A DNA stretch of 47,175 nucleotides, from NCBI GenBank assembly GCA_964035545.1, contig CAXIUT010000138.1:1-47175 (forward strand), read 5' to 3'. The position numbers were made by a program, and so were the translations under genes. Positions 12,178 through 24,577 of the stretch are shown piece by piece. Below the pieces are notes generated by a model. It saw only the letters and a program-made list of their open reading frames with translations, made no database searches and was not told the DNA's origin. This stretch comes from Bugula neritina. Lineage: Eukaryota; Animalia; Bryozoa. How positions within the stretch are numbered: position 1 is the first letter of the stretch; the number at the start of each line of letters is the position of its first letter.

Positions 12178-15100
12178 ATGCAATAGTAAATAAAGTACGT
12201 CTTTAAGTGTTTGAAAAGTTGTTAGGATGAACCTTCCTTTGTCCAACAAATCAACAAGTTGCTACTAATCTATGAAATTGCACCTTCAGCTCTCAAATTC
12301 CTTTTATATAATCTAAGCCAACTCATATTTACCAATTGCAAAGAACCTAGACTAAGGTTAAAGCACAGACTCATCGCTGCCAGTCTTGTGCAAAAACTGA
12401 ACAACATCTATACGAGGAGAACAGAATAATTTATGAAATAAGATGCCAACTTTGAACTTTAGCATTTCCAAATTGACACAGTTGGCAACTTTAATGTCAA
12501 AGAGCCAACTCCCAACTGGGAAAAAATCGATCTCTTCAAGATCATAGAAAGTCAACCTCTGCTATTTTCAACCAAAGGAAACGATTTCGCTGCTAATCTG
12601 AATGAACATTAAGAAGAAAAGAAAATCTTTGATGAATTTCTCGATATGAATCATGCAACTATGCTCAATATCGAGAGTTTATTCAAAGATATTTCATCAA
12701 CTAGTCAAGCTACAGAGGAAGTAATTAAAAATTAAAGGCTAAAATACAAAAATAAAATTGAAAAAATCAATAGAAAAGCACAGAAAGAGCTTGAAAGCAT
12801 AGAAATAACCATCAGCAATCCTTTTAACCTGATGTTTTAGATCTGTGTCAACAATCTATTGAACACAGAGTGGGAACTAAGGCATCTTTCAGTGCTTATC
12901 ATCAAGGAGCTATTTAGCCACTCAGAATTTTTGGGATTTTCTGAGTGTTTTAGGCTGAGTCCTAATGATAGCAGAGAAAGTCGTTTCGCCAATATTGCCA
13001 CTATCACTCGATAAGGTTTAAGGATGCATTTAGAGAACTCAAAAAAAAAGAAAGATCTCATAAATGAGATCATTTACAAGAATATGATTCTTCTTAGTTT
13101 GGATCGTTTTGCAGACTATCAGACAGACTAAAGTATTATTCTGGTTCGCATGATTTCTGCAGATATTTTAGCACAGGCAGTTCTAACTTTAGAAAGTGGA
13201 CAGCATACTATCTTACTAGAGATGTTAAAAAGATTCTTTGACCATGATGCACCTTTTAACAAACAAAACCAAAAGATAACTTGGTAAGTCAAACATTCCT
13301 TTCTTTATTTTTTGACTATCTTGATTAAGTTGGATTCAAAATTTATCTAACCTATTTGTAATACTCTTTAGTAAAGTTTTATCAAAATGCTTGAAATAGA
13401 TAAGAAGGATAAAATAATTTTTTGCATCTGTAACATAGTATAAAGTTTTATTGGAAAAACTTTTTTTAGCACTCAGAAAAAAGACTAGATGATTTTAAAT
13501 ATTTGTGAAAATATTAATCTCTTAGATTGTTCAGGATAATAAGTCAAGTAGGTTATAATTTTATTACGAAAAAATTGTCATCCTTAATGTATGTTCCAAC
13601 TTTGGTGGCTGGAGAGTTTAGTAAGATTTTTTTAAAGCAAGAGTCCTGAAGTGAGAAACTAAATATTTAAGTTAGTTCGAGTTATTTTATCTTCTTATAC
13701 TAGTAAGAATAAAATAATTATCTCTCGTATTCTGATTCTATCATTGAATGAAGCAATTAAATAGTAATCATATACTATTTTAAGATCTATTGGTGATATT
13801 ATGCCTTCTTTAAAAAAAATCTGGATCTTAAATAATCATAATATTAATTAAACAGCTGCATATCTAATAACAATACTAGTTACTCCTCTTACTGAAAAAA
13901 AAAACTAAACATAATTTTTGAAGTAGATTTATCAGGAAAACAGTTAAAATCATGAATTGAAACTAAAAAATACATTTTAGTAGCTAAATTTTAATAACAA
14001 TAAAAGAATATGGAAAATCTGTATGGTTGTGAAGTAACTATTTAGAGAGTAAGTGAATAATTACGATGAGTTAATTAGAAGAATTGTAAAAAATAACTAG
14101 CAAAATTTTCAAGTAAATATATTTATATTCAATATTCTTTTAAAACTATTGCCTTAATATAAATAAAATAAAATATTTTCAGAATATAAATAAAAAGCAA
14201 TTTATTTTTTTACTCTTGATTCAGATTAAAAAATCAATAGCTTAATATAAAAAACATATTTATTTGAGTTTTAAAAGCAACTAGAGAATATTCTGATGAC
14301 TAAAAAGTATTAAACAGAAGCAAAATAGCTAGGTTTTATTGATACTTAGATAGACAGCATAGAGTTTAAGGCCAAATGTATAAAATGGCTTGAAAAATGG
14401 ATTAAAAACTGCTTAAAAACTTGATAATTTTTTAAAATTAGAGTTAGATCCTGCTTTTCTCGGATAAGTTAAATTATTGAGATAGATTTTAAAAAATGTC
14501 ATTGCAATTCAACATGAATTTATAAGAAATCTGAAGATATTAGCTCTAGAATATATGACTTAATATTGTGAAAAGAATTAGATAAAAAATAATATATAAT
14601 AGTCTATAATTTGTATTATGGATTATATTATAGAAGATAAGTATCTATTTATAAGTGAGGCTACAGCTAATGCAGCAATTAAATTATTAATTATATTAAA
14701 AGATGATAATCAATCATTATATTTAAAATTTAATAGAAAACTTTGTATAACAGTATCGAATAAATATAAAAAATCGAAGTTGATGCTTAAAGAAAGAGGT
14801 GATCTTAAACTAAAAAGTAAATATATGGGCGCTATGTGCCTTTACATAGAAAAGATGGGCAAGCTGCTTCCATAGTATCTGAAAGATAGTTGGAAATACT
14901 ATCTTTAGATAGATGATAAAAAAAATGTCCATGAAGAACACCTTCGATTATTAACTCTTCTAAGTGGCACTATAAATTCTATTTTAAGTATCGATAAGCA
15001 TCCTATTGATGGCTAGTTATTATTTGTTGATAAATTTACAAAGAAAGTGAATGATATAATTGAAAAAAACAAGGTAGAAAATGAGTTTAGATAATCAATT

Positions 15101-17128
15101 AATATAAAGCTGAAGAGTATTCTTGAGAGTGTAGCTTTGTTTTGCAGTAGTAGTTATAGATAGATGCCAAAAGTGTCAAATATATTTTTCTAGTGGTTTC
15201 TTGCATAGCTATAGGCATAAAATATATTGATTTATGAGGTATTAGAGAAGGCATGTGCTAATAACATAGTATAGATCGCTCCTATTTGTTCTTTATTCAT
15301 TCTGAATATAATAAAGTCGATAACTAAGATAAATCTACATGATTTGGCAATGAATAGTCTTTCCAATATTATCGTTGGAGTGTATACCAATATAACTAAG
15401 ATATAGTTGAGTCCTTCTTTGCAAAAGTATCTGATTAAGGAGTTGAATTTATCAAAAACTTTAAAAAATACTTCTAATTTTAATTATCCAGTTGATGTTA
15501 GGTATAACAAGATATAGTTTTGAGAGAGTATCAGATGGAAGGCATAAACTGGTTGGGTTTTTTGACTCGATATAATTTGAGTGGAGCTCTTTGCGATGAT
15601 ATGGGTCTTGGTAAAACTTTGCAAACTCTTACAGTTGTCTAAAACTAGTATCTGAAATGCGATAATAAAGACTATTTGCATAGTTTGATAGTCTGTCCGA
15701 ATACATTGATGCAGCATTGGGCTTTTGAATACCAAAAGTATTTTTAAAACCCTTTGTGTGAGCTTGTGATAATCGACAACAAGAAAAAATTTGGATAGAT
15801 ATAGAAGTATGAAAATTCAAAGAAGCCTATTATTTTTATAACTGGTTATGGTGTGATATAAAAGAATGACTGTTTGTTTGATGAGATACATTTTAAATTC
15901 ATCATCTTGGATTAAGGTCATCTGATTAAAAACACTACATCTCACAAATTCAAGGCTATTAAAAATATAAAAGGTTTGCATAGATTTATACTAACTGGAA
16001 CTCCCATTCAAAATAAACTCATCTAACTGTGGGGTCTTTTTGATTTCTTGATGCCTGGCTATCTATACACAGAATAACTCTTCAGAAAACATTACTAAAA
16101 ACTATTTAGTGTTAACTTGACTACTTTCAAAGAGATGAGCTTCTTTTCTCAGACTAACAAAGAAAAACCTTATAAAAGTTACATTAGAAAGTGATGCCGT
16201 TTATTATGCGTCGCATGAAGACTGAAGTGCTGAAAGAACTACCTGAAAAGATAATAAACGACCAAGCATGTGAACTAACACCTTGTCAGTTAAAGCACTA
16301 TTCTGACCTTTAGTAGCGTATTAGACTTCAGACATAAAATAAGACACAAAATCCATGGAAAAATTAACGTGATTTGATAAAAATAGTGAACCATCCTTAT
16401 TAGGGAGATTTGGTTAGTTAGTTTCATTGGTAGGATTCTGGTAAATTATTGGCCCTTAAATAAATAATTTAAAAATTAGGATTGACTGAAGAAGAATAAT
16501 TATCACAAAATAAAGTAATTATTTTATTATTTAGGTCATTATTTTTGCTAGATTATAAGCTACTGTGATATCGATATAAAATTTTTTCAAGTAGGTTTTT
16601 GGGCATATCAAATATAAAAGATTGATAAAAAAAGTAGAAGAATCTTAACGTTTTGATATTGCTAAGATCTTTAATGGTGATAGTGATCTTCAGGTAATAT
16701 TATTTTTATTTTTTAGGTTCTTTTAGTTCCTAAGGAATTTATCGGAAAAGACTATCTTAATTTGACATCAGCAAATATATCTATAATGTTTGATAGCTAT
16801 CCGAACTCAAGGACTGATTTGAATTTGATTGAGAAAGTTCATGGGGAAAGTCAAAAGCGAGTCTTGCTTGTCCCCAACCCCAACCCCAACCCCCCAACCC
16901 CAACCCCAACCCCAACCCCAACCCCAACCCCAACCCCAACCCCAACCCCAACCCAACCCCAACCCCAACCCCAAAAACATTGATGAATTCAAGCATATTT
17001 GTTCTTATTTATCATAAATTATCATCAATATCATAGAATTCAAGGGATAGTTTATTGCCCAAGTGATTTAATATATAAAATAAATTGACTTAGAGTTGAA
17101 ATATTGTTTTAGACTTAGTTTCTTTTGA
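12178..17128 (+). CDS. BTAF1: BTAF1/Mot1 TBP-associated SNF2-family ATPase, interrupted near its 3' end by a telomeric tract
   Basis: Mot1 HEAT-region motifs ([17 protein letters not shown]), [55 protein letters not shown]; introns 16515-16534 and 16694-16716. The part after 16974 is tentative. Confidence 0.88.
16872..16974 (+). repeat. Internal telomeric tract (CCCCAA)n #3, inside the BTAF1 CDS
   Basis: About 103 bp of C4A2 with two homopolymer-length variants. Confidence 0.97.
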
Positions 17129-17393
17129 TGATTCCTCAACAACTGATTCAGATTAAAAGAGTTAGCTTGATTCAATACTATATCAATCTATTATTCAACT
17201 TTTAGCTTATATTAAAAAATTTATTATGAGATGTATCAAGATAAGAACTAATTTGTATTGTAAAATAATGTTAATAAAAAAATGCTACTTTATCAATAAT
17301 AAATAATTGAATCATAATTAATAGCATAAAATATTCAAAATAATATGGATTTGTTCTTATATTCTTATTAATTCATAAACAATTAAGTACAAA

Positions 17394-18768
17394 ATGGACT
17401 ACATAACCGAGTCAATTATCTCCAAACAATCCTCCAACTCAACCAGAAATACCTCTCACAACAGTTCTTATAACTCACACCAGAATAACAACAGACAAAA
17501 CAACTCAAATTATGGATCAAATCAGCAAAATTATAACAATCGAGGACCTAGTAAAACTAATCAGCAATATGGTTCAGCAAGTTATCAATCCAATCAAAGA
17601 AATAGTCACTAAAATTATGAAGGAAATAGCGGATATTATCAAAGAAATTAAAAATACAGTCAAAATAACTATCAAAATAATAACCAATTTGGAAATAACT
17701 ACAACAACAAAAATAACTACAACAGCAACAGGAATAACAACAATAGCAACAGGAATAGCTACAATAGCAACAGGAATAATAGTCAACAATACCAACAGAA
17801 CAATAATGTTAACTATCCAATAAATAATGACTCTTTTGATTAATCTAATAACTATCAAATAAATAAAAGAAATAATAATCAAAGATAACAAAATTATGAT
17901 ATCATGTCTGAATAAAATAATAATTATGGAAATGATAGTTGGAATTAACCTATGGATCATATCCAAAATAATAGAAATAATTATCATCAAAATAATAGAA
18001 ACAACTATAACCAAGATAATAGAAACAGCTACAATCAAAATAAAAACAACTATCATCAAAATAATAACAATTACAATGAAAATGGAAATAATAGCAACTA
18101 TAATCAGAACTATGACAGAAATAGAAACTATAATAACGATAGAAATAACAGTGGTTACCATAATGACAGAAACAATAGCAACCAAAGCAACTATCAACAA
18201 AATAACTATCATAACCAAAATAGACAACCATACGATAAAAGACAATAAAACTAAAGACAAAACAACTACAACCAATATCAAAACAACAACCAAAATCAAA
18301 ATAATCCTTACACCCCTCAAAACAGAAACAACTACAATAGAAGAGAAGACAGGCCATATCAACCAAGAAACTAACAAAAAAACCATAACTAAACCAACAA
18401 GATCTCATCAACATCCTCACCCATAAACACAACGTCAACATCCAAAACAACAAAACACTTAAACTCCCCCATGAAGCCTGTATCAACAACCAACAAAACT
18501 ACATCCTTCATGAACCCATCCAGTCAAACGGATAAAGAATAGACCTGCAAGTCATTGCATCACTAATGGGATCCCAAAAGATCAACTTGCCCAATAGTAA
18601 GGCTAAAATCAATCGGTTCTTTAGACTTCCAGAAGTTCAAACCGAAGAAGATGTCGAGGAAGTCAAGGGATTCAAAAACATCACTGGAATTCATTCAGTG
18701 ATTTTGAGAAAATGGGAGATGATATTACCAGACAAATACTTGCTGACTTCAACGCCAACTTCAAGTGA
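17394..18768 (+). CDS. N/Q/Y/R-rich low-complexity (prion-like) protein with a small C-terminal globular region
   Basis: About 330 codons of NNRNNYHQ-like repeats in one frame; the C-terminal region needs two homopolymer frame corrections. Confidence 0.65.
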
Positions 18769-18864
18769 TATCATCCCATCATTCATTCTATATCATAACC
18801 ACTACATAAATATCATTGAATATAATAGTTCTATTAGATAAAATATGATCTATTATATAATACT

Positions 18865-20685
18865 ATGACATAAAGAACCTTCTAATATTTAAAAAACAAG
18901 TTCATAGCAACAAAACACTCAATCTTATCAACACATCCACCAATAATAACTGCCAAATAGATCAAATAGTAGCAATAAAAATGCACAACCTATCTTTCCA
19001 GTCTGACAACTATCCACAATTATCAGCATCTCTAGTAAATATAGTAAATTAGAGATAGATATAAATAAATAGCGATATTATTAGAAAATAATAAACATAA
19101 AAATTATACTTAACTTGAGTTTAATAATAATTTCAATAATATCTTAAACGAAAAGAACAAACATGATAAATAAATATCATTTATAAGTAAATCTAAAAAT
19201 TAATAATTTGTTGATCGACAAAGCAGAACCATATAAAACTTTTTCAATGATAATAATGATCAAAGTAGTGTAAAAGTATACAACTTTAAACAAATACTAA
19301 GTGGCAGCTAATTTTCAAATAGTAAATCAAATAGTAAATAAAGTAGTAAATCAAATAGTAAATAAAGTAGTAAATATAATTAGAATTAACAATATGCCAC
19401 CTTTTCTAAAATAAATAAAACCATCAAATCGTAAAAATGTAAATCACTTATAAGTATTATTGAAGAGTATAAAAAATAAATTAGAAAAAGTAAAATTAAA
19501 GTAGAACATGAAGAATAACTCAGTAATTTTTAGAAAAATTTAATGAAAGAATAAATCAAAAAGTATCTTAGAAAAATATAGTAGCTAGAATATTAAATAG
19601 AATAACTATGTAGATAGAATTATATCTTGAAAGATAAAAAAGATCATAAAAAGAATAAATATTATTAGTAAAATAATTTTCAAATGAGATATAAATAGCA
19701 AAGATAAAATAAATACTAACCTTATAGTTTCAAAGTAAGAAAAAATGATTTGAATACAATAAATAAAAAGAATAAATAAAAAAATGAAAAAATAAAATAA
19801 AGCAGCCTAAATACTTTTGACAATATTCAGCCCAACCAAATTATTCAAAAATAATAAAGCAAAATCATAGTACAATATCTTTCCGGTAATTCTTTTAGTA
19901 TAAACAAACCAGATTAAATATAAATCAATTAACCCAAATAATTCACAAACAATTAGACATTTAGCACAGTATCTCTTGCTAAACATCTTTCCTATATCAA
20001 TAGCTAGTATCTCAGTCAGTCTAGAAACATGATGGAAATGACTAGTTAATGCTGTACTCGCAATAAAGTTGCCTTCTTTAAAAAATCTTTAGTTTTAGTT
20101 AAAGATTATGACATAGAAATTGCTTATAAACGTTCAGATATGAATATGAACTTAGATAAAGTAAGATTTATATTTTATATCAAAAATAATTCAAACAATA
20201 TAAAAAAAGTTTAAATCAACTACAAAAATCAAAAAGAATACCACAGAATTTAAATAATACAAAAACTACAATAACTTCAACCTCACTCCCAAGCCAGATA
20301 AATCATATAAATAACACTAATAAACAAATCAGATCTAAATGGAGTAACAGATGTATAGATAATGATATAAAAACAAATATTCTAACTATGGCTGCCAGTC
20401 AATTTCATAAACTTCAAATAATCAAACAAATACTAAAGATCTAATAGTGCTATAGAGATGACAGTATTACCAGATCGACAATTTGCTAGCTATAACTCCT
20501 TATAGAAGATATTGCCTTTGAAATTTGGAGGAGTCAATTCAGTATAAACTTGGGGATATCTTTATGGATAATCTAAATTGGGTTCTTTTTGGATTAGATT
20601 TACCTGGAGAATGCATGATTTAGTTATTTAGACATCTTAAAAATGGATAGATTTTATTGCCTTTGTTACTCATTTCTTTAAATGA
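18865..20685 (+). CDS. Coiled-coil protein with C-terminal alpha-adaptin appendage-like domain
   Basis: E/K-rich middle; LVKDYDIEIAYKR...KVRFIFYIKNNS...LWLPVNFINF resembles the adaptin ear Ig/platform fold. Confidence 0.5.
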
Positions 20686-20920
20686 TTTACTTTATTCTCT
20701 TTTATTCAATCACTATTTAAAAAATTATCATAAAAACTTTTAATTTCACTCTTTTGATGCAAATATTTATCTACTTTCAATATGTTTTTGATTCTTTAGG
20801 CTTTATATTTGATATATTTAATATGATAGAATTTTTTAATTGATTTCTTCTAATGATTTGATTTTATAATATGAATTAAAATTAATTACCTCATAATGAT
20901 GATATTTAATATATTGATTA

Positions 20921-22269
20921 ATGATAATTTCTCGACTGCCTCAATCCCTTCGATCATTTTTTTCAACAAGCACAACAAGTACAACTTGGCAACTAAACCT
21001 CTATAAACCTCATTTCTAAAAATATTTCTAAAAAGATATATCTAAAGTACTTTTATCTTTTAACTAGATATAAAAGCCAATCAAAGACGTGACTAAAAAA
21101 TATTCTTTAGATAAAAAAGGAGTATAAAAATTATTCAGATTAAAGCCTCAAGTATTCATTCCTGATTCCTAAGCAAGTAAATATTGATTAATAGAGGTTA
21201 ATAACTAGATAACAAAATTAAATTTATGAATGATTTATAGTAAAAATAACCTATTGCTACCATCCTCAACTAAATGCTCTTCTAATCTCCACATCTATTA
21301 CTCACTATGACCTAAAATCATATCCATCACTTTATCAAACAACTCAAATCATTTGGATTCGATCATGTTATTCATTGCTTATACAGTCATCATCAACCAA
21401 ACTCTTCACAGCTGCTAATAACCTCATCCACAATAATTTTGATCTCATTTATCAATAAAAACTCAACATCCTTCAAGACTACCTACATCTCAGTAAGTAA
21501 TAAAGCCTCAAAATGTTCATACACTAACCCTTCCTCCTCGCTTGCTCAGCTAACTCGCTCAGAGAATCAATATGTTTCTTTGTTAGAAATCAAAATTCAA
21601 CTCTCACCCGCGATCGCACTATCACTCTGCTAAGAGATCTAGGCTAAATCTTTTTAATGGGAAACTAGAATTTGACTTTACTGATTCGATGGCTCAAAAA
21701 TTGGGGAATTCGGAAAGAATAACTATGGTCTATCCTCCTAGAACATCCATTGCTACTTTTGAACCATCCTGGAGAAATCTTTCACTTTAAAGCTAAAATG
21801 CTCCGACAATTCAGATTCACTACAACTATGGCTCAATCACTTCTACGCCAGTATCCTTCAGCTCTTATCTGGTTAGTTTTTATTATATAGTTCAGTTCGA
21901 GCTCTTGAAGGTAAATTTTTAACAGCAAGAGATAGACTAAAAATAAAGCTGGACTAAAATAATTTAGAATATTTAACATTCAAATTTGGAGCTAATATTC
22001 GACCTCGATCTGAAATGCTAATCAGAGCCAAAGTACCATACACTTCTGAAGACATCGTAAGTTATTTCAGTTGTAGTGAGCAATAGTTTCTGAAGAAGAC
22101 TGGAGTACCAGCTGCTAAACTCGAGTAATAGAAGATGAAATTTCCAATAACACCATAATTAGATTTTCCTCATAAGAAATGTTTAAAAAACTATGCAAGT
22201 CAAGAAAAGATATTCTAATATTCTAAGAGATACTATCCAAAGAGTGATCTCTTACTTAAAAAGAAATGA
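20921..22269 (+). CDS. mTERF-family protein
   Basis: Presequence-like N-terminus, repeated ILLEHPLLL / LLRQYPSALI units, C-term YLTFKFGANIRPR...SEQEFLKK; 19-22 nt introns. Confidence 0.7.
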
Positions 22270-22392
22270 TAAATGACTATTAACTTCTTTATTTATTATG
22301 AAAGATATTTGTAGATGTGAATGGCTCTTAATTACTTTTATTATTTATGAAAGAAATAGGTAAATGACCACAATTTCTTTTATATCATCTTT

Positions 22393-24358
22393 ATGTTTAA
22401 TCGTTTGTTGAACCATAAATTAATATTTGGACTTGCAAGAATGTAGTCATAACCTCTAGGAAGAAAAGTAAATCTACTATTACTAAGTTAATGCAACAAA
22501 ATAAAAAACTACTTGATGATCTCGTCAAAAGAAGATTTGTCTACTTCCAAGGCTATTAAATCTATGGTGGATCTGCCGGACTCTACGACTTCGGTCCTGT
22601 AGGATGCGCCATCAAAAATAATATCGAACAACTCTGGAGATAACACTTTGTCCTCGAATAAGAAATGCTATAAATTAGTACCAGCTGTATTACTCCCCAT
22701 GTTGTACTTGATACTTCAGGGCATACCGCAAGATTTACAGATCTGATGGTCAAAGATGTTAAAACTGGTCAAGGATTCAGAGCTGATCGTCTGCTTGCTG
22801 AATGGATTGAAGGTAGACTTGAAAAAGGAAAACTAAAAGAAAATTAAGTACAAGAATATAAAAAAATATTAGCTAGTGCTTAACATCTATCTAAATAAGA
22901 AATGTAAGTCACTTTTAAAAAACTTAAAATAAAAAGTCCTGATACTGGTAATGAACTATCAGCTCCTTAATTTTTCAACTTGATGTTCAAAACAGAAATA
23001 GGTCCTTCAAGCAACCTTGTTGGATATTTGAGACCAGAAACAGCTCAAGGAATGTTTGTTAATTTCAATAAATTGGCATAATTCAATGGTCATCGCTTAC
23101 CTTTCGCTGCAGCACAGATAGGTCTTGGATTTCGTAATGAAATTGCTCCCAGAAATGGATTACTTCGAGTAAGAGAATTCCAAATGGCTGAAATATAACA
23201 CTTTGTTGATCCTTTAAATAAAAATCATCCTAAATTCAAGTCAGTCGCACATATCAAGTTGCCTCTTCAAAGTATAGAACATCAGTAAAAAATGGGAAAA
23301 CATTAATGGATTGAAGTAGGCTAAGCAGTCAAAAGAGGAATCATTGGTAATTAAACAATGGCATACTTTTTAGTCAGAATATTCTTATATCTTAAAGAAG
23401 TAGGATTAAATGTCGAAGAACATGTCCGCTTTAGACAACATCTTAAAAGTTAAATGGCTCATTATGCCAAAGATTGTTGGGATGCTTAAGCTGAACTAGC
23501 CACTGGATGGCTCTAAATAGTAGGTTGTGCTGATAGATCAGCTTTCGATCTTGAACATCATTCAAAAGGATCAGGAGTTAAACTACTGGCTTCAAGAAAA
23601 TTCAAAGAAGCTAGACCAGAGCAACAGACAACTATTCAAGTACAAAGACAAGTTGTAGGCAAACAATTTAAAAAGAATTCACAAAAAATAAATACATATC
23701 TTGAAGAATTAAATGAAGAGAGTAAAGCTAAGTTCAAACTTTAATTCTAATAAACTGGAAAGATATAAATTCCAATAGAAGGAGGAAACATAGTCCTCAC
23801 CAAAGAACATATTTCATTTTAACAGAAAATAGTCAATGTCATGGAATAAAAGTATACTCCAAATGTCATTGAACCAGCATTTGGTTTAGGTCGTATCATG
23901 ATGTCTATGTTTTAGCATAGTTTCAAAGCTAGAGATTAAAAAAGAACCTATCTTCTGCTTAAACCTCGTATTGCACCAGTCAAAGTATCTATTTTACCTC
24001 TACAAGTCGACTAACGCTTTATTCCCATCATCAATGACCTAAGTATATTTATAAATATAAAGAAAAAAGACTTAAAAGGAACTTAATTACCTGCAAAGTT
24101 GATGACACTGGACAATCTATCGGAAAAAGATATGCAAGAACTGATTAAATCGGTATTCCTTTCGGTATTACTGTTGATTTTCAAACTTTGGAGGAATAAT
24201 CAGTGACTCTTCGTGAACTTTTTACAATGAAACAATTGAGAATTCCTTTAAAAGATATATAAAAAGTGCTTGTGTCTCTTTCTCAAGAAACTGAAACTTG
24301 GGAAGAAGTATGTAGTAGATATCCAGCTTATATTAATCAGCATACTGAAGATGATTGA
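22393..24358 (+). CDS. GARS1: Glycyl-tRNA synthetase (eukaryotic alpha2 type)
   Basis: [77 protein letters not shown]; 20-nt introns 22468-22487 and 24043-24062. Confidence 0.97.
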
Positions 24359-24425
24359 TAGATATAAATATTAGCATTATATATTAGATAGTTTATATTT
24401 AAAGAAAACTATTAAGTCTATTCAT

Positions 24426-24512
24426 CCAAACCAACCCCAACCCCAACCCCAACCCCAACCCCAACCCCAACCCCAACCCCAACCCCAACCCCAACCCCAA
24501 CCCCAACCCCAA
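24426..24512 (+). repeat. Internal telomeric tract (CCCCAA)n #4
   Basis: About 87 bp of C4A2 starting with degenerate CCAAACCAA, between two convergent stops. Confidence 0.97.
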
Positions 24513-24577
24513 TTTACTATCATAATATGTTTATTATAATTTATTCAAAAGTATATAATTATGAATATTTTATTAAA

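Noticed and set aside
17512-18489. Long overlapping I/V/T-rich ORFs in other frames and on the antisense strand
   Set aside because: Shadows of the Asn-rich repeat gene.
24426-24440. AAACCAACC resembling the Tetrahymena chromosome breakage sequence
   Set aside because: It is contiguous with the telomere tract, lacks the CTCTTT-type tail and is not found at the other junctions.
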